The position numbers and the translations under genes were made by a program. Of a stretch of DNA of 64,000 nt, positions 10,165-21,146 are shown in pieces. The stretch lies in NCBI RefSeq assembly GCF_055900595.2, contig NZ_CM148325.1; one strand, given 5' to 3'. The notes under the pieces were generated by a model. That model saw only the letters and a program-made list of their open reading frames with translations. It did no database searches and was not told the origin of the DNA. Positions within the stretch are counted from its first letter, which is position 1; each line of letters opens with the position of its first letter.

Positions 10165-13100
10165 ATGATTCCACAGATTTCCCAGGCACCCGGCGTCGTT
10201 CAATTGGTGCTTAATTTTTTGCAAGAGCTGGAGCAACAGGGTTTTACCGGCGATACGGCGACAAGTTATGCCGATCGTCTGACAATGTCGACCGACAACA
10301 GTATTTACCAACTTCTCCCCGATGCGGTGGTATTTCCGCGTTCAACCGCAGATGTGGCGCTGATCGCCCGTCTTGCCGCGCAGGAACGCTATTCATCGCT
10401 GATCTTTACCCCCCGCGGCGGCGGCACCGGCACTAACGGTCAGGCGCTCAACCAGGGGATTATTGTTGATATGTCCCGCCATATGAACCGCATCATCGAA
10501 ATTAACCCTGAAGAGGGCTGGGTGCGCGTTGAGGCCGGGGTGATAAAAGATCAACTCAATCAGTACCTGAAACCATTCGGCTACTTTTTTGCGCCGGAAC
10601 TTTCGACCAGCAACCGGGCAACGCTCGGTGGGATGATCAATACCGATGCATCCGGTCAGGGATCGCTGGTCTATGGCAAAACGTCAGATCACGTACTTGG
10701 CGTACGCGCGGTGTTGTTGGGGGGCGATATTCTCGATACGCAACCTTTACCCGTCGAACTGGCGGAAACGCTGGGTAAATCCAATACTACAATCGGGCGA
10801 ATTTATAACACGGTTTATCAACGTTGCCGTCAGCAACGCCAGTTAATTATCGACAAATTCCCCAAACTTAACCGTTTTCTGACGGGTTACGATCTGCGTC
10901 ATGTCTTTAACGATGAGATGACTGAGTTCGACCTGACGCGCATTCTGACGGGTTCAGAAGGGACGCTGGCCTTTATTACCGAAGCGCGGCTGGATATTAC
11001 GCCCTTGCCTAAAGTGCGCCGTCTGGTGAACGTCAAATATGACTCTTTTGACTCCGCGCTGCGTAACGCGCCGTTTATGGTTGAGGCGCGGGCGCTTTCG
11101 GTAGAGACGGTAGACTCAAAAGTGCTGAATCTGGCGCGGGAAGATATTGTCTGGCATTCCGTCAGCGAGTTGATTACCGATGTGCCTGACAAAGAAATGC
11201 TCGGGCTGAACATTGTGGAATTTGCTGGTGATGATGAGACGCTGATTGATGAGCGGGTAAATGCACTCTGTGCGCGGTTGGATGAACTGATTGCCAGCCA
11301 ACAGGCAGGTGTGATTGGCTGGCAGGTGTGCCGCGAACTGGCAGGTGTTGAGCGTATTTATGCCATGCGCAAAAAAGCCGTCGGCCTGCTCGGTAATGCC
11401 AAAGGAGCAGCCAAACCGATTCCGTTTGCTGAGGATACCTGCGTACCGCCGGAACATCTGGCGGATTATATTGCTGAATTTCGCGCGCTGCTCGACAGCC
11501 ACGGCTTAAGCTACGGTATGTTCGGTCACGTCGACGCAGGTGTCTTGCACGTCCGTCCGGCACTGGATATGTGCGATCCGCAACAAGAGATTTTGATGAA
11601 GCAAATCTCTGATGATGTAGTGGCGTTGACTGCGAAATACGGTGGTTTGTTGTGGGGCGAACATGGTAAAGGTTTTCGTGCCGAATACAGCCCGGCGTTT
11701 TTCGGTGAGGAACTTTTTGCAGAACTGCGCAAAGTGAAAGCGGCATTTGACCCGCATAACCGACTCAACCCAGGGAAGATTTGCCCGCCAGAAGGTCTCG
11801 ATGCGCCGATGATGAAAGTGGACGCGGTGAAGCGTGGCACATATGATCGACAGATCCCCATCGCGGTACGCCAGCAGTGGCGCGGGGCAATGGAGTGTAA
11901 TGGCAACGGTTTATGCTTCAACTTTGATGCCCGCAGTCCGATGTGCCCGTCGATGAAGATTACTCAGAACCGGATTCATTCACCGAAAGGACGCGCAACG
12001 CTGGTGCGTGAGTGGCTGCGTTTGTTGGCAGATCGCGGCGTTGACCCACTCAAACTGGAACAAGAACTGCCTGAATCCGGAGTCAGTTTGCGGACGTTAA
12101 TTGCCCGCACGCGCAATAGCTGGCATGCGAATAAAGGCGAATATGACTTCTCACACGAAGTCAAAGAGGCGATGTCGGGTTGCCTGGCCTGTAAAGCGTG
12201 TTCGACTCAGTGCCCCATCAAAATTGACGTGCCTGAGTTTCGTTCTCGCTTTCTGCAACTCTATCACACCCGTTATTTGCGCCCCCTGCGCGACCACCTC
12301 GTCGCCACGGTCGAGAGCTACGCACCGCTGATGGCTCGTGCACCGAAGACTTTTAACTTCTTCATTAACCAGCCGCTGGTGCGCAAACTCTCCGAAAAAC
12401 ATATCGGCATGGTTGATTTGCCGCTGCTGTCGGTTCCCTCGCTGCAACAACAAATGGTGGGGCATCGCTCGGCAAACATGACGCTGGAACAGCTTGAAGT
12501 TCTCAATGCAGAGCAGAAAGCGCGCACGGTGTTGGTGGTGCAGGACCCCTTTACCAGCTATTACGATGCGCAAGTGGTGGCGGATTTTGTCCGTCTGGTC
12601 GAAAAATTAGGTTTCCAGCCCGTGTTACTGCCATTTTCGCCGAATGGCAAAGCCCAGCATATCAAAGGCTTTCTTAATCGTTTTGCGAAGACGGCGAAAA
12701 AGACGGCGGATTTCCTCAACCGTGTGGCGAAGCTGGGGATGCCAATGGTGGGCGTCGATCCGGCGCTGGTACTTTGTTATCGCGATGAATATAAACTGGC
12801 GCTGGGCGAGGAACGTGGCGAGTTTAACGTCTTACTGGCGAATGAATGGCTGGCAAGCGCACTTGACTCACAGCCAGTGGCTACAGTCAGCGGTGAATCA
12901 TGGTATTTCTTTGGTCACTGTACCGAGGTTACCGCTTTGCCGGGCGCGCCAGCACAATGGGCTGCGATATTTGCCCGTTTTGGCGCGAAACTGGAAAATG
13001 TCAGCGTGGGTTGCTGCGGCATGGCAGGGACTTACGGACATGAAGCGAAAAATCATAAAAACTCGCTCGGGATCTATGAGTTATCCTGGCATCAGGCGAT

Positions 13101-13221
13101 GCAGCGACTGCCGCGTAACCGCTGTCTGGCGACCGGATATTCCTGTCGCGGCCAGGTAAAACGGGTTGAAGGCACGGGGGTACGCCATCCTGTGCAGGCT
13201 TTACTGGAGATTATTAAATGA
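10165..13221 (+). CDS. ydiJ: large FAD-linked oxidase fused to Fe-S/CCG domains (1018 aa)
   Basis: 1018-aa ORF; N-terminal FAD-binding oxidase region, C-terminal ferredoxin-like CLACKACSTQCP and GCCGMAG motifs; ATGA overlap with menI. Confidence 0.9.
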   Translation: MIPQISQAPGVVQLVLNFLQELEQQGFTGDTATSYADRLTMSTDNSIYQLLPDAVVFPRSTADVALIARLAAQERYSSLIFTPRGGGTGTNGQALNQGIIVDMSRHMNRIIEINPEEGWVRVEAGVIKDQLNQYLKPFGYFFAPELSTSNRATLGGMINTDASGQGSLVYGKTSDHVLGVRAVLLGGDILDTQPLPVELAETLGKSNTTIGRIYNTVYQRCRQQRQLIIDKFPKLNRFLTGYDLRHVFNDEMTEFDLTRILTGSEGTLAFITEARLDITPLPKVRRLVNVKYDSFDSALRNAPFMVEARALSVETVDSKVLNLAREDIVWHSVSELITDVPDKEMLGLNIVEFAGDDETLIDERVNALCARLDELIASQQAGVIGWQVCRELAGVERIYAMRKKAVGLLGNAKGAAKPIPFAEDTCVPPEHLADYIAEFRALLDSHGLSYGMFGHVDAGVLHVRPALDMCDPQQEILMKQISDDVVALTAKYGGLLWGEHGKGFRAEYSPAFFGEELFAELRKVKAAFDPHNRLNPGKICPPEGLDAPMMKVDAVKRGTYDRQIPIAVRQQWRGAMECNGNGLCFNFDARSPMCPSMKITQNRIHSPKGRATLVREWLRLLADRGVDPLKLEQELPESGVSLRTLIARTRNSWHANKGEYDFSHEVKEAMSGCLACKACSTQCPIKIDVPEFRSRFLQLYHTRYLRPLRDHLVATVESYAPLMARAPKTFNFFINQPLVRKLSEKHIGMVDLPLLSVPSLQQQMVGHRSANMTLEQLEVLNAEQKARTVLVVQDPFTSYYDAQVVADFVRLVEKLGFQPVLLPFSPNGKAQHIKGFLNRFAKTAKKTADFLNRVAKLGMPMVGVDPALVLCYRDEYKLALGEERGEFNVLLANEWLASALDSQPVATVSGESWYFFGHCTEVTALPGAPAQWAAIFARFGAKLENVSVGCCGMAGTYGHEAKNHKNSLGIYELSWHQAMQRLPRNRCLATGYSCRGQVKRVEGTGVRHPVQALLEIIK

Positions 13222-13628
13222 TATGGAAACGAAAAATCACCCTGGAAGCACTGAATGCAATGGGTGAAGGAAACATGGTGGGGTTGCTGGATATTCGCTT
13301 TGAACATATTGGTGATGACACCCTTGAAGCGACAATGCCAGTAGACTCGCGGACAAAGCAGCCTTTCGGGTTGCTGCATGGAGGGGCATCCGTGGTATTG
13401 GCCGAAAGTATCGGTTCCGTTGCCGGTTATTTATGTACCGAAGGTGAGCAAAAGGTGGTTGGTCTGGAAATCAATGCTAATCATGTTCGCTCGGCACGAG
13501 AAGGGCGGGTACGCGGCGTATGTAAACCGTTGCATCTCGGTTCACGTCATCAGGTTTGGCAGATAGAAATCCTCGATGAGAAAGGGCGTTTGTGCTGTTC
13601 GTCACGATTGACGACAGCCATTTTGTGA
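13218..13628 (+). CDS. menI: 1,4-dihydroxy-2-naphthoyl-CoA thioesterase, hotdog fold (136 aa)
   Basis: 136-aa ORF MIWKRKITLEALNAMGEGNMVGLLDIRFEH...; start overlaps the ydiJ stop. Confidence 0.9.
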   Translation: MIWKRKITLEALNAMGEGNMVGLLDIRFEHIGDDTLEATMPVDSRTKQPFGLLHGGASVVLAESIGSVAGYLCTEGEQKVVGLEINANHVRSAREGRVRGVCKPLHLGSRHQVWQIEILDEKGRLCCSSRLTTAIL

Positions 13629-13727
13629 CGTTGTCACCAGAAAAATGTGACGCATATTGCTTTTGGTCATTATCTGCACAGTAAACGGTGGTATACTGTG
13701 CAGGTCTTGTCTAAAAGCGAGGATGCT

Positions 13728-13916
13728 ATGTCTACTCAACTTGATCCCACCCAGCTGGCCATTGAATTTTTACGCCGTGACCAAAGCAATCTTTCACCTG
13801 CCCAATATCTCAAACGTCTGAAACAATTAGAACTTGAATTCGCTGACTTGCTTACTCTCTCTTCTGCTGAATTAAAAGAAGAAATCTACTTTGCCTGGCG
13901 TTTGGGCGTGCATTGA
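13728..13916 (+). CDS. ydiH: small protein of unknown function (62 aa from MSTQLDPTQ)
   Basis: ATG at 13728 within ORF 13647..13916; synteny between menI and sufA. Confidence 0.7.
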   Translation: MSTQLDPTQLAIEFLRRDQSNLSPAQYLKRLKQLELEFADLLTLSSAELKEEIYFAWRLGVH

Positions 13917-14054
13917 TCCTGACGTAATGCCGCGAGTTCGCCAAATCGGCCTGGATTAATCTTCGTCCAGGTTCGAGGGCCTTCTTAATACTGCTTATCT
14001 ACCCGCCTGATAACGTTCAAAAATAATACAAATCGCAGTTTGTGCTAAAACGGC

Positions 14055-14177
14055 GGCTTAGCTTTATGAGACTATTCTTATCGCCCCTTCGAGCTAAGCC
14101 ACTGTGAGTGCCGGAGATAAGCGCCGGATGGGGTAGAAACCCTTAAGCCTGTGATGCACAGACTTAAGGGTTTTCTT
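14055..14177 (+). ncRNA. Candidate small RNA locus ending in a strong intrinsic terminator (position matches rydB; sequence not verified)
   Basis: Nested inverted repeats (gcttagc/gctaagc, cttatc/gataag) followed by an 11-bp perfect stem aaacccttaag/cttaagggttt and a T-tract; about 220 nt downstream of ydiH and 290 nt upstream of sufA. Confidence 0.35.
14137..14177 (+). terminator. Rho-independent terminator (11-bp perfect stem plus T-tract)
   Basis: aaacccttaag-N15-cttaagggtttt followed by cttatttc; U-tract only on the + strand. Confidence 0.7.
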
Positions 14178-14267
14178 ATTTCTGAACGCTGCACTTTTTT
14201 ACCTATCTCTTAAATAGTCATTTTCAATACAACTTTTTCTTTTTCATCACAGCCTTAATGCTCCTTA

Positions 14268-14283
14268 GATAATAATCATTATC
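14268..14283. promoter_or_regulatory. Distal Fur-box-like motif (GATAATAATCATTATC)
   Basis: Shares the 12-mer ATAATCATTATC with the promoter-proximal site 133 bp downstream; matches Fur consensus GATAATGATAATCATTATC. Confidence 0.45.
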
Positions 14284-14403
14284 TAACAATGAGATACCTA
14301 ATTCTTAGCGTGCCTGTTAACCCACACATCAGGGTCTATGCTTATTAAAAGCAGGCAAAAAGCATGTTTTACGGTAAAGCCCCTGCGTTTGCTGGGTTGA
14401 ACT

Positions 14404-14416
14404 GATAATCATTATC
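14404..14416. promoter_or_regulatory. Promoter-proximal Fur box of the suf operon, overlapping the core promoter (TTGAAC -35-like just upstream)
   Basis: GATAATCATTATC about 47 bp upstream of the sufA ATG; suf operon is a known Fur target. Confidence 0.7.
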
Positions 14417-14462
14417 ACTAACATGCTGTTATACGCTGAAAGCGATGAAGTGAGGTAAATCG

Positions 14463-14831
14463 ATGGACATGCATTCAGGAACCTTTAATCCACAGGATTT
14501 CGCCTGGCAGGGTTTAACGCTGACACCCGCAGCCGCTGTCCACATCCGTGAGCTGGTGGCAAAGCAACCAGGTATGGTCGGCGTGCGCTTAGGCGTGAAG
14601 CAAACGGGCTGCGCGGGATTTGGCTATGTGCTCGACAGTGTTAGCGAGCCAGACAAAGACGATCTGCTGTTTGAACATGACGGCGCGAAGCTGTTTGTCC
14701 CGCTGCAAGCGATGCCGTTTATTGATGGCACGGAAGTCGATTTCGTTCGTGAAGGACTTAATCAGATATTCAAATTTCACAACCCGAAAGCCCAGAATGA
14801 ATGTGGCTGTGGCGAAAGCTTTGGGGTATAG
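14463..14831 (+). CDS. sufA: Fe-S cluster A-type carrier (122 aa)
   Basis: 122-aa [21 protein letters not shown]..., C-terminal CGCGESF motif. Confidence 0.95.
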   Translation: MDMHSGTFNPQDFAWQGLTLTPAAAVHIRELVAKQPGMVGVRLGVKQTGCAGFGYVLDSVSEPDKDDLLFEHDGAKLFVPLQAMPFIDGTEVDFVREGLNQIFKFHNPKAQNECGCGESFGV

Positions 14832-14839
14832 GCGGTACT

Positions 14840-16327
14840 ATGTCTCGTAATACTGAAGCAACTGACGATGTCAAAACCTGGACCGGCGGCCCGCTGAATT
14901 ATAAAGAAGGATTCTTCACCCAGTTAGCCACTGATGAGCTGGCAAAGGGGATAAACGAAGAGGTGGTGCGCGCAATATCGGCGAAGCGTAATGAGCCGGA
15001 GTGGATGCTGGAGTTTCGTCTCAATGCCTATCGCGCATGGCTGGAGATGGAAGAGCCGCACTGGCTGAAAGCGCACTACGACAAGCTGAATTATCAGGAT
15101 TACAGCTACTACTCAGCACCATCGTGCGGTAATTGTGACGACAACTGCGCGTCTGAACCCGGCGCGGTGCAGCAAACTGGCGCGAACGCCTTTTTAAGTA
15201 AAGAGGTGGAGGCGGCGTTTGAGCAGTTGGGCGTTCCCGTGCGGGAAGGCAAAGAGGTGGCGGTGGATGCCATTTTCGACTCTGTTTCGGTTGCCACCAC
15301 TTATCGCGAAAAACTGGCGGAGCAGGGAATTATTTTTTGCTCCTTTGGCGAGGCGATCCACGATCACCCGGAACTGGTGCGTAAATATCTCGGCACCGTG
15401 GTGCCGGGGAATGACAACTTCTTTGCCGCGCTTAATGCGGCGGTAGCCTCTGACGGTACGTTTATTTATGTGCCTAAAGGCGTGCGCTGCCCGATGGAAC
15501 TTTCCACCTATTTTCGCATTAACGCGGAAAAAACCGGGCAGTTTGAGCGCACCATTCTGGTGGCCGACGAAGACAGCTACGTCAGCTACATTGAAGGCTG
15601 TTCCGCTCCGGTGCGTGACAGCTATCAGTTACACGCGGCGGTGGTGGAAGTCATCATCCATAAAAACGCCGAGGTGAAATATTCCACGGTACAAAACTGG
15701 TTCCCTGGCGATAACAACACCGGCGGTATTCTCAATTTCGTCACCAAGCGTGCTTTGTGCGAAGGCGAAAACAGCAAAATGTCATGGACGCAATCAGAAA
15801 CCGGGTCAGCGATTACGTGGAAATATCCCAGCTGCATTTTGCGCGGCGATAACTCCATTGGTGAGTTTTACTCGGTGGCACTGACCAGCGGTCATCAGCA
15901 AGCGGATACCGGCACCAAGATGATCCACATCGGTAAAAACACCAAATCGACCATTATCTCGAAAGGGATCTCTGCCGGACATAGTCAGAACAGTTATCGC
16001 GGCTTAGTGAAAATCATGCCGACGGCAACCAATGCGCGCAATTTCACTCAGTGCGACTCAATGCTGATTGGCGCTAATTGTGGGGCGCATACCTTCCCGT
16101 ATGTCGAATGTCGCAATAACAGCGCACAACTGGAGCACGAGGCAACGACATCACGTATTGGTGAAGATCAACTGTTTTACTGCCTGCAACGCGGGATCAG
16201 CGAAGAAGACGCCATCTCGATGATTGTTAACGGTTTCTGCAAAGACGTGTTCTCAGAACTGCCGCTGGAATTTGCCGTTGAAGCACAAAAACTCCTCGCC
16301 ATCAGTCTTGAACACAGCGTCGGATAA
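14840..16327 (+). CDS. sufB: Fe-S cluster assembly scaffold SufB (495 aa from [10 protein letters not shown])
   Basis: ATG at 14840 within ORF 14801..16327; SufB sequence. Confidence 0.95.
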   Translation: MSRNTEATDDVKTWTGGPLNYKEGFFTQLATDELAKGINEEVVRAISAKRNEPEWMLEFRLNAYRAWLEMEEPHWLKAHYDKLNYQDYSYYSAPSCGNCDDNCASEPGAVQQTGANAFLSKEVEAAFEQLGVPVREGKEVAVDAIFDSVSVATTYREKLAEQGIIFCSFGEAIHDHPELVRKYLGTVVPGNDNFFAALNAAVASDGTFIYVPKGVRCPMELSTYFRINAEKTGQFERTILVADEDSYVSYIEGCSAPVRDSYQLHAAVVEVIIHKNAEVKYSTVQNWFPGDNNTGGILNFVTKRALCEGENSKMSWTQSETGSAITWKYPSCILRGDNSIGEFYSVALTSGHQQADTGTKMIHIGKNTKSTIISKGISAGHSQNSYRGLVKIMPTATNARNFTQCDSMLIGANCGAHTFPYVECRNNSAQLEHEATTSRIGEDQLFYCLQRGISEEDAISMIVNGFCKDVFSELPLEFAVEAQKLLAISLEHSVG

Positions 16328-16336
16328 GGAATAAAC

Positions 16337-17083
16337 ATGTTAAGTATTAAAGATTTACACGTCAGCGTGGAAGATAAAACTATCCTGCGCGGATTAAGCC
16401 TCGACGTTCGTCCCGGCGAAGTTCACGCCATTATGGGACCCAATGGTTCGGGGAAAAGTACCTTATCGGCAACGCTTGCCGGACGCGAAGATTATGAAGT
16501 GACGGCTGGCACGGTTGAGTTTAAAGGCAAAGATTTGCTTGCGCTGTCGCCGGAAGAACGTGCAGGCGAAGGCATCTTTATGGCCTTCCAGTATCCGGTG
16601 GAAATACCCGGCGTCAGTAACCAGTTTTTCCTGCAAACGGCACTTAATGCGGTACGCAGCTATCGCGGCCAGGAAACGCTCGACCGCTTTGATTTTCAGG
16701 ATTTGATGGAAGAGAAAATCGCTCTTCTGAAAATGCCGGAAGATTTATTAACGCGTTCGGTAAACGTTGGTTTTTCCGGCGGCGAGAAAAAGCGCAACGA
16801 TATTTTGCAAATGGCGGTGCTGGAACCGGAGTTATGCATTCTTGATGAGTCGGACTCCGGGCTGGATATTGACGCATTAAAAGTGGTTGCCGATGGCGTG
16901 AACTCGCTGCGTGACGGCAAGCGTTCATTCATCATTGTTACGCACTACCAACGCATTCTCGACTACATCAAGCCTGATTACGTCCATGTGCTGTATCAGG
17001 GACGAATTGTGAAATCCGGCGATTTCACATTGGTCAAACAACTGGAGGAGCAGGGTTATGGCTGGCTTACCGAACAGCAGTAA
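16337..17083 (+). CDS. sufC: Fe-S cluster assembly ATPase SufC (248 aa)
   Basis: Walker A GPNGSGKST; ABC signature FSGGEKKR. Confidence 0.95.
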   Translation: MLSIKDLHVSVEDKTILRGLSLDVRPGEVHAIMGPNGSGKSTLSATLAGREDYEVTAGTVEFKGKDLLALSPEERAGEGIFMAFQYPVEIPGVSNQFFLQTALNAVRSYRGQETLDRFDFQDLMEEKIALLKMPEDLLTRSVNVGFSGGEKKRNDILQMAVLEPELCILDESDSGLDIDALKVVADGVNSLRDGKRSFIIVTHYQRILDYIKPDYVHVLYQGRIVKSGDFTLVKQLEEQGYGWLTEQQ

Positions 17084-18329
17084 CGTGCTGCAACAGTGGC
17101 ATCATTTGTTTGAAGCCGAGGGTGCAAAACGCTCCCCGCAAGCACAGCAGCATTTACAACAATTGCTGCGTACCGGACTGCCGACACGTAAACATGAAAA
17201 CTGGAAATATACGCCGCTGGAAGGGCTGACCAATAGCCAGTTTGTCAGCATTGCGGGAGAGATATCCCCACAGCAGCGTGATGCCTTAGCGTTAACATTA
17301 GACGCTGTGCGGCTGGTTTATGTTGATGGACGCTACGTGCCAGAACTTAGCGATACAACTGAAGGCAGCGGGTATGAAGTGAGCATTAACGACGACCGTC
17401 AGGGATTGCCCGATGCTATTCAGGCGGAAGTATTTCTCCATCTGACGGAAAGCCTGGCGCAAAGCGTGACGCATATCGCCGTGAAGCGCGGTCAACGGCC
17501 GGCAAAGCCATTACTGTTAATGCATATCACCCAGGGCGTGGCAGGTGAAGTGGTGAACACAGCTCATTACCGGCATCATCTGGATCTGGCTGAAGGTGCC
17601 GAAGCGACGGTGATTGAGCATTTCGTTAGCCTGAATGACGCTCGTCATTTCACCGGAGCGCGCTTTACCATCAATGTCGCAGCGAACGCCCACTTGCAGC
17701 ATATCAAGCTGGCGTTTGAAAACCCGGTCAGTCACCACTTTGCCCATAACGATTTGTTGCTGGCTGACGATGCCACTGCAATTAGCCACAGTTTCCTGCT
17801 GGGTGGCGCAGTATTACGACACAACACCAGTACGCAACTCAATGGCGAAAACAGCACGCTGCGGATCAATAGTCTGGCGATGCCGGTGAAAAACGAGGTG
17901 TGTGATACCCGTACCTGGCTGGAACACAATAAAGGTTTTTGTAACAGCCGACAGTTGCACAAAACTATCGTCAGCGACAAAGGCCGCGCGGTATTTAACG
18001 GTTTGATCAACGTCGCGCAGCACGCCATCAAAACGGATGGTCAGATGACCAACAATAATCTGCTGATGGGCAAACTGGCAGAAGTGGATACGAAACCGCA
18101 GCTGGAAATCTATGCAGATGATGTGAAATGCAGCCACGGCGCGACGGTGGGGCGTATTGATGATGAACAGATGTTCTATCTGCGCTCGCGTGGGATCAAT
18201 CAGCAGGATGCCCAGCAGATGATCATTTACGCCTTTGCTGCCGAACTGACGGAAGCACTGCGTGATGAGGGGCTTAAACAGCAGGTGCTGGCCCGAATCG
18301 GTCAACGACTGCCAGGAGGTGCAAGATGA
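17058..18329 (+). CDS. sufD: Fe-S cluster assembly protein SufD (423 aa)
   Basis: 423-aa ORF overlapping the sufC 3' end by 26 nt. Confidence 0.95.
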   Translation: MAGLPNSSNVLQQWHHLFEAEGAKRSPQAQQHLQQLLRTGLPTRKHENWKYTPLEGLTNSQFVSIAGEISPQQRDALALTLDAVRLVYVDGRYVPELSDTTEGSGYEVSINDDRQGLPDAIQAEVFLHLTESLAQSVTHIAVKRGQRPAKPLLLMHITQGVAGEVVNTAHYRHHLDLAEGAEATVIEHFVSLNDARHFTGARFTINVAANAHLQHIKLAFENPVSHHFAHNDLLLADDATAISHSFLLGGAVLRHNTSTQLNGENSTLRINSLAMPVKNEVCDTRTWLEHNKGFCNSRQLHKTIVSDKGRAVFNGLINVAQHAIKTDGQMTNNNLLMGKLAEVDTKPQLEIYADDVKCSHGATVGRIDDEQMFYLRSRGINQQDAQQMIIYAFAAELTEALRDEGLKQQVLARIGQRLPGGAR

Positions 18330-19546
18330 CTTTTTCCGTCGACAAAGTGCGGGCCGACTTTCCGGTGCTTTCTCGTGAGGTAAACGGTTTGCCGCTGGCT
18401 TATCTCGACAGCGCTGCCAGTGCGCAAAAACCGAGCCAGGTGATTGATGCCGAGGCGGTGTTCTATCGTCACGGCTACGCGGCGGTACATCGCGGTATTC
18501 ATACCTTAAGCGCCCAGGCGACCGAGAAAATGGAAAACGTGCGCAAGCGTGCTTCGCTGTTTATCAATGCCCGTTCCGCGGAAGAATTGGTGTTTGTCCG
18601 CGGCACCACGGAAGGCATTAACCTGGTCGCCAATAGCTGGGGCAACAGCAACGTGCGAGCGGGCGATAACATCATCATCAGCCAGATGGAGCACCACGCT
18701 AACATTGTTCCCTGGCAAATGCTTTGCGCGCGAGTGGGTGCAGAGCTGCGTGTGATTCCTCTCAACCCCGACGGTACGTTGCAGCTGGAGATACTGCCTA
18801 ATCTGTTCGATGAGAAAACTCGCCTGCTGGCAATTACCCATGTCTCCAACGTGCTTGGGACAGAAAATCCGCTGGCCGAGATGATCACCCTTGCACACCA
18901 ACATGGCGCAAAAGTACTGGTGGATGGCGCTCAGGCGGTGATGCATCATCCGGTGGACGTTCAGGCGCTGGATTGCGATTTTTACGTGTTCTCCGGGCAT
19001 AAACTGTATGGCCCCACTGGAATTGGCATTCTTTATGTCAAAGAAGCCTTGTTGCAGGAGATGCCGCCGTGGGAAGGGGGCGGTTCGATGATTGCCACCG
19101 TCAGCCTGAGTGAAGGCACTACCTGGACTAAAGCACCATGGCGGTTTGAAGCCGGCACACCCAATACCGGAGGCATCATTGGTCTTGGCGCGGCACTCGA
19201 GTATGTTTCGGGGCTGGGGCTTAATAACATAGCCGAGTATGAACAGAATCTGATGCATTACGCGCTGTCACAGCTGGAGTCTGTACCGGATCTCACTCTC
19301 TATGGTCCCCAGAACAGACTTGGCGTTATTGCTTTTAATCTTGGTAAACACCACGCCTATGATGTTGGCAGTTTTCTCGATAATTACGGCATTGCTGTGC
19401 GTACCGGACATCACTGCGCTATGCCATTAATGGCCTATTACAACGTTCCTGCCATGTGTCGGGCGTCGCTGGCTATGTATAACACCCATGAAGAAGTGGA
19501 TCGTCTGGTGACCGGCCTGCAACGTATTCACCGTCTGCTGGGATAA
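18326..19546 (+). CDS. sufS: cysteine desulfurase SufS, PLP-dependent (406 aa)
   Basis: 406-aa ORF; class V aminotransferase features; ATGA overlap with sufD. Confidence 0.95.
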   Translation: MTFSVDKVRADFPVLSREVNGLPLAYLDSAASAQKPSQVIDAEAVFYRHGYAAVHRGIHTLSAQATEKMENVRKRASLFINARSAEELVFVRGTTEGINLVANSWGNSNVRAGDNIIISQMEHHANIVPWQMLCARVGAELRVIPLNPDGTLQLEILPNLFDEKTRLLAITHVSNVLGTENPLAEMITLAHQHGAKVLVDGAQAVMHHPVDVQALDCDFYVFSGHKLYGPTGIGILYVKEALLQEMPPWEGGGSMIATVSLSEGTTWTKAPWRFEAGTPNTGGIIGLGAALEYVSGLGLNNIAEYEQNLMHYALSQLESVPDLTLYGPQNRLGVIAFNLGKHHAYDVGSFLDNYGIAVRTGHHCAMPLMAYYNVPAMCRASLAMYNTHEEVDRLVTGLQRIHRLLG

Positions 19547-19558
19547 CAGGGAGGCACT

Positions 19559-19975
19559 ATGGCTGTATTGCCGGATAAAGAAAAATTGCTGCGTAATTTT
19601 TTACGCTGCGCCAACTGGGAAGAGAAATATCTCTACATTATTGAGCTGGGCCAGCGTCTGCCAGAATTACGCGACGAAGACCGAAGCCCACAAAATAGCA
19701 TCCAGGGCTGCCAGAGTCAGGTATGGATTGTGATGCGTCAAAATGCGCAGGGAATTATTGAATTACAGGGCGACAGCGATGCGGCGATTGTGAAAGGGCT
19801 TATTGCGGTCGTCTTTATTCTTTACGATCAAATGACACCGCAGGATATTGTCAATTTCGATGTGCGCCCGTGGTTTGAAAAAATGGCGCTCACCCAACAT
19901 CTCACCCCATCACGCTCACAAGGTCTGGAAGCGATGATTCGCGCAATTCGCGCCAAAGCCGCTGCACTTAGCTAA
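19559..19975 (+). CDS. sufE: sulfur acceptor SufE (138 aa)
   Basis: 138-aa ORF last in the suf cluster. Confidence 0.95.
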   Translation: MAVLPDKEKLLRNFLRCANWEEKYLYIIELGQRLPELRDEDRSPQNSIQGCQSQVWIVMRQNAQGIIELQGDSDAAIVKGLIAVVFILYDQMTPQDIVNFDVRPWFEKMALTQHLTPSRSQGLEAMIRAIRAKAAALS

Positions 19976-20123
19976 ACTAAAGGGACAGCTTTCATCCGGT
20001 TGACTCACATTGCCGGGTGGTCAATGTTTACACTGGCCTGCACAGGAGTGTTTTGGTTTCAGGTGAACATAAGCGCCATCCGACGTTTCAGCGTGAGTCT
20101 CCGGCAAATACAGGAGGTTTACA

Positions 20124-21128
20124 ATGAAACGCGCGTCTTTGCTTACACTCACGCTTATCGGCGCTTTTAGCGCCATTCAGGCTGCCTGGGCGGTTGATTA
20201 TCCGCTACCACCAACCGGAAGCCGACTGGTTGGGCAAAATCAAACGTATACGGTGCAAGAAGGGGATAAAAACCTTCAGGCCATCGCCCGACGTTTTGAT
20301 ACTGCGGCAATGTTGATACTTGAAGCCAATAACACTATCGCTCCGGTGCCAAAACCCGGTACGACGATAACGATTCCTTCGCAACTGTTATTGCCTGATG
20401 CGCCGCGTCAGGGGATTATCGTTAACCTTGCAGAGCTGCGCCTTTATTATTATCCGCCGGGAGAAAATATCGTGCAGGTCTATCCGATAGGTATTGGATT
20501 GCAGGGGCTGGAAACGCCGGTGATGGAAACGCGTGTGGGGCAGAAAATCCCTAATCCAACCTGGACGCCAACGGCGGGCATTCGTCAGCGTTCGCTGGAG
20601 CGTGGCATTAAATTACCGCCCGTCGTTCCTGCCGGGCCAAATAACCCGCTAGGACGTTACGCACTGCGCCTCGCGCATGGTAATGGCGAATACCTCATTC
20701 ATGGCACCAGTGCGCCGGACAGCGTCGGTTTGCGCGTCAGTTCAGGGTGTATTCGCATGAATGCACCGGATATTAAAGCCTTGTTCTCCAGCGTGCGGAC
20801 GGGAACGCCGGTGAAAGTGATCAACGAACCGGTGAAATATTCTGTGGAGCCTAACGGGATGCGTTATGTGGAAGTGCATCGACCACTATCAGCAGAAGAA
20901 CAGCAGAACGTTCAGACAATGCCTTACACACTGCCAGCAGGCTTCACGCAATTTAAAGATAATAAGGTTGTAGATCAGAAGTTAGTCGATAAAGCGTTGT
21001 ATCGTCGGGCAGGGTATCCAGTTGCCGTGAGCAGTGGAGCAACTCCCGCAGCCAGCAATGCGCCTTCAGTAGAGTCAGCGCAGAATGGTGAACCAGAACA
21101 AGGGAATATGTTACGCGCGACGCAGTAG
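20124..21128 (+). CDS. ldtE: L,D-transpeptidase with LysM and YkuD domains (334 aa)
   Basis: 334-aa ORF with signal peptide and catalytic HGTS...SSGCIRM motif; synteny next to lpp. Confidence 0.9.
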   Translation: MKRASLLTLTLIGAFSAIQAAWAVDYPLPPTGSRLVGQNQTYTVQEGDKNLQAIARRFDTAAMLILEANNTIAPVPKPGTTITIPSQLLLPDAPRQGIIVNLAELRLYYYPPGENIVQVYPIGIGLQGLETPVMETRVGQKIPNPTWTPTAGIRQRSLERGIKLPPVVPAGPNNPLGRYALRLAHGNGEYLIHGTSAPDSVGLRVSSGCIRMNAPDIKALFSSVRTGTPVKVINEPVKYSVEPNGMRYVEVHRPLSAEEQQNVQTMPYTLPAGFTQFKDNKVVDQKLVDKALYRRAGYPVAVSSGATPAASNAPSVESAQNGEPEQGNMLRATQ

Positions 21129-21146
21129 CGGTAAATGGCAGGCAAA

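Noticed and set aside
11116-12573. Several 60-190-aa ORFs in alternative frames and antisense within ydiJ (His/Arg/Cys-rich translations)
   Set aside because: They are embedded in a 1018-aa gene with clear domain content and have biased, domain-less translations typical of off-frame readings of GC-rich coding sequence.
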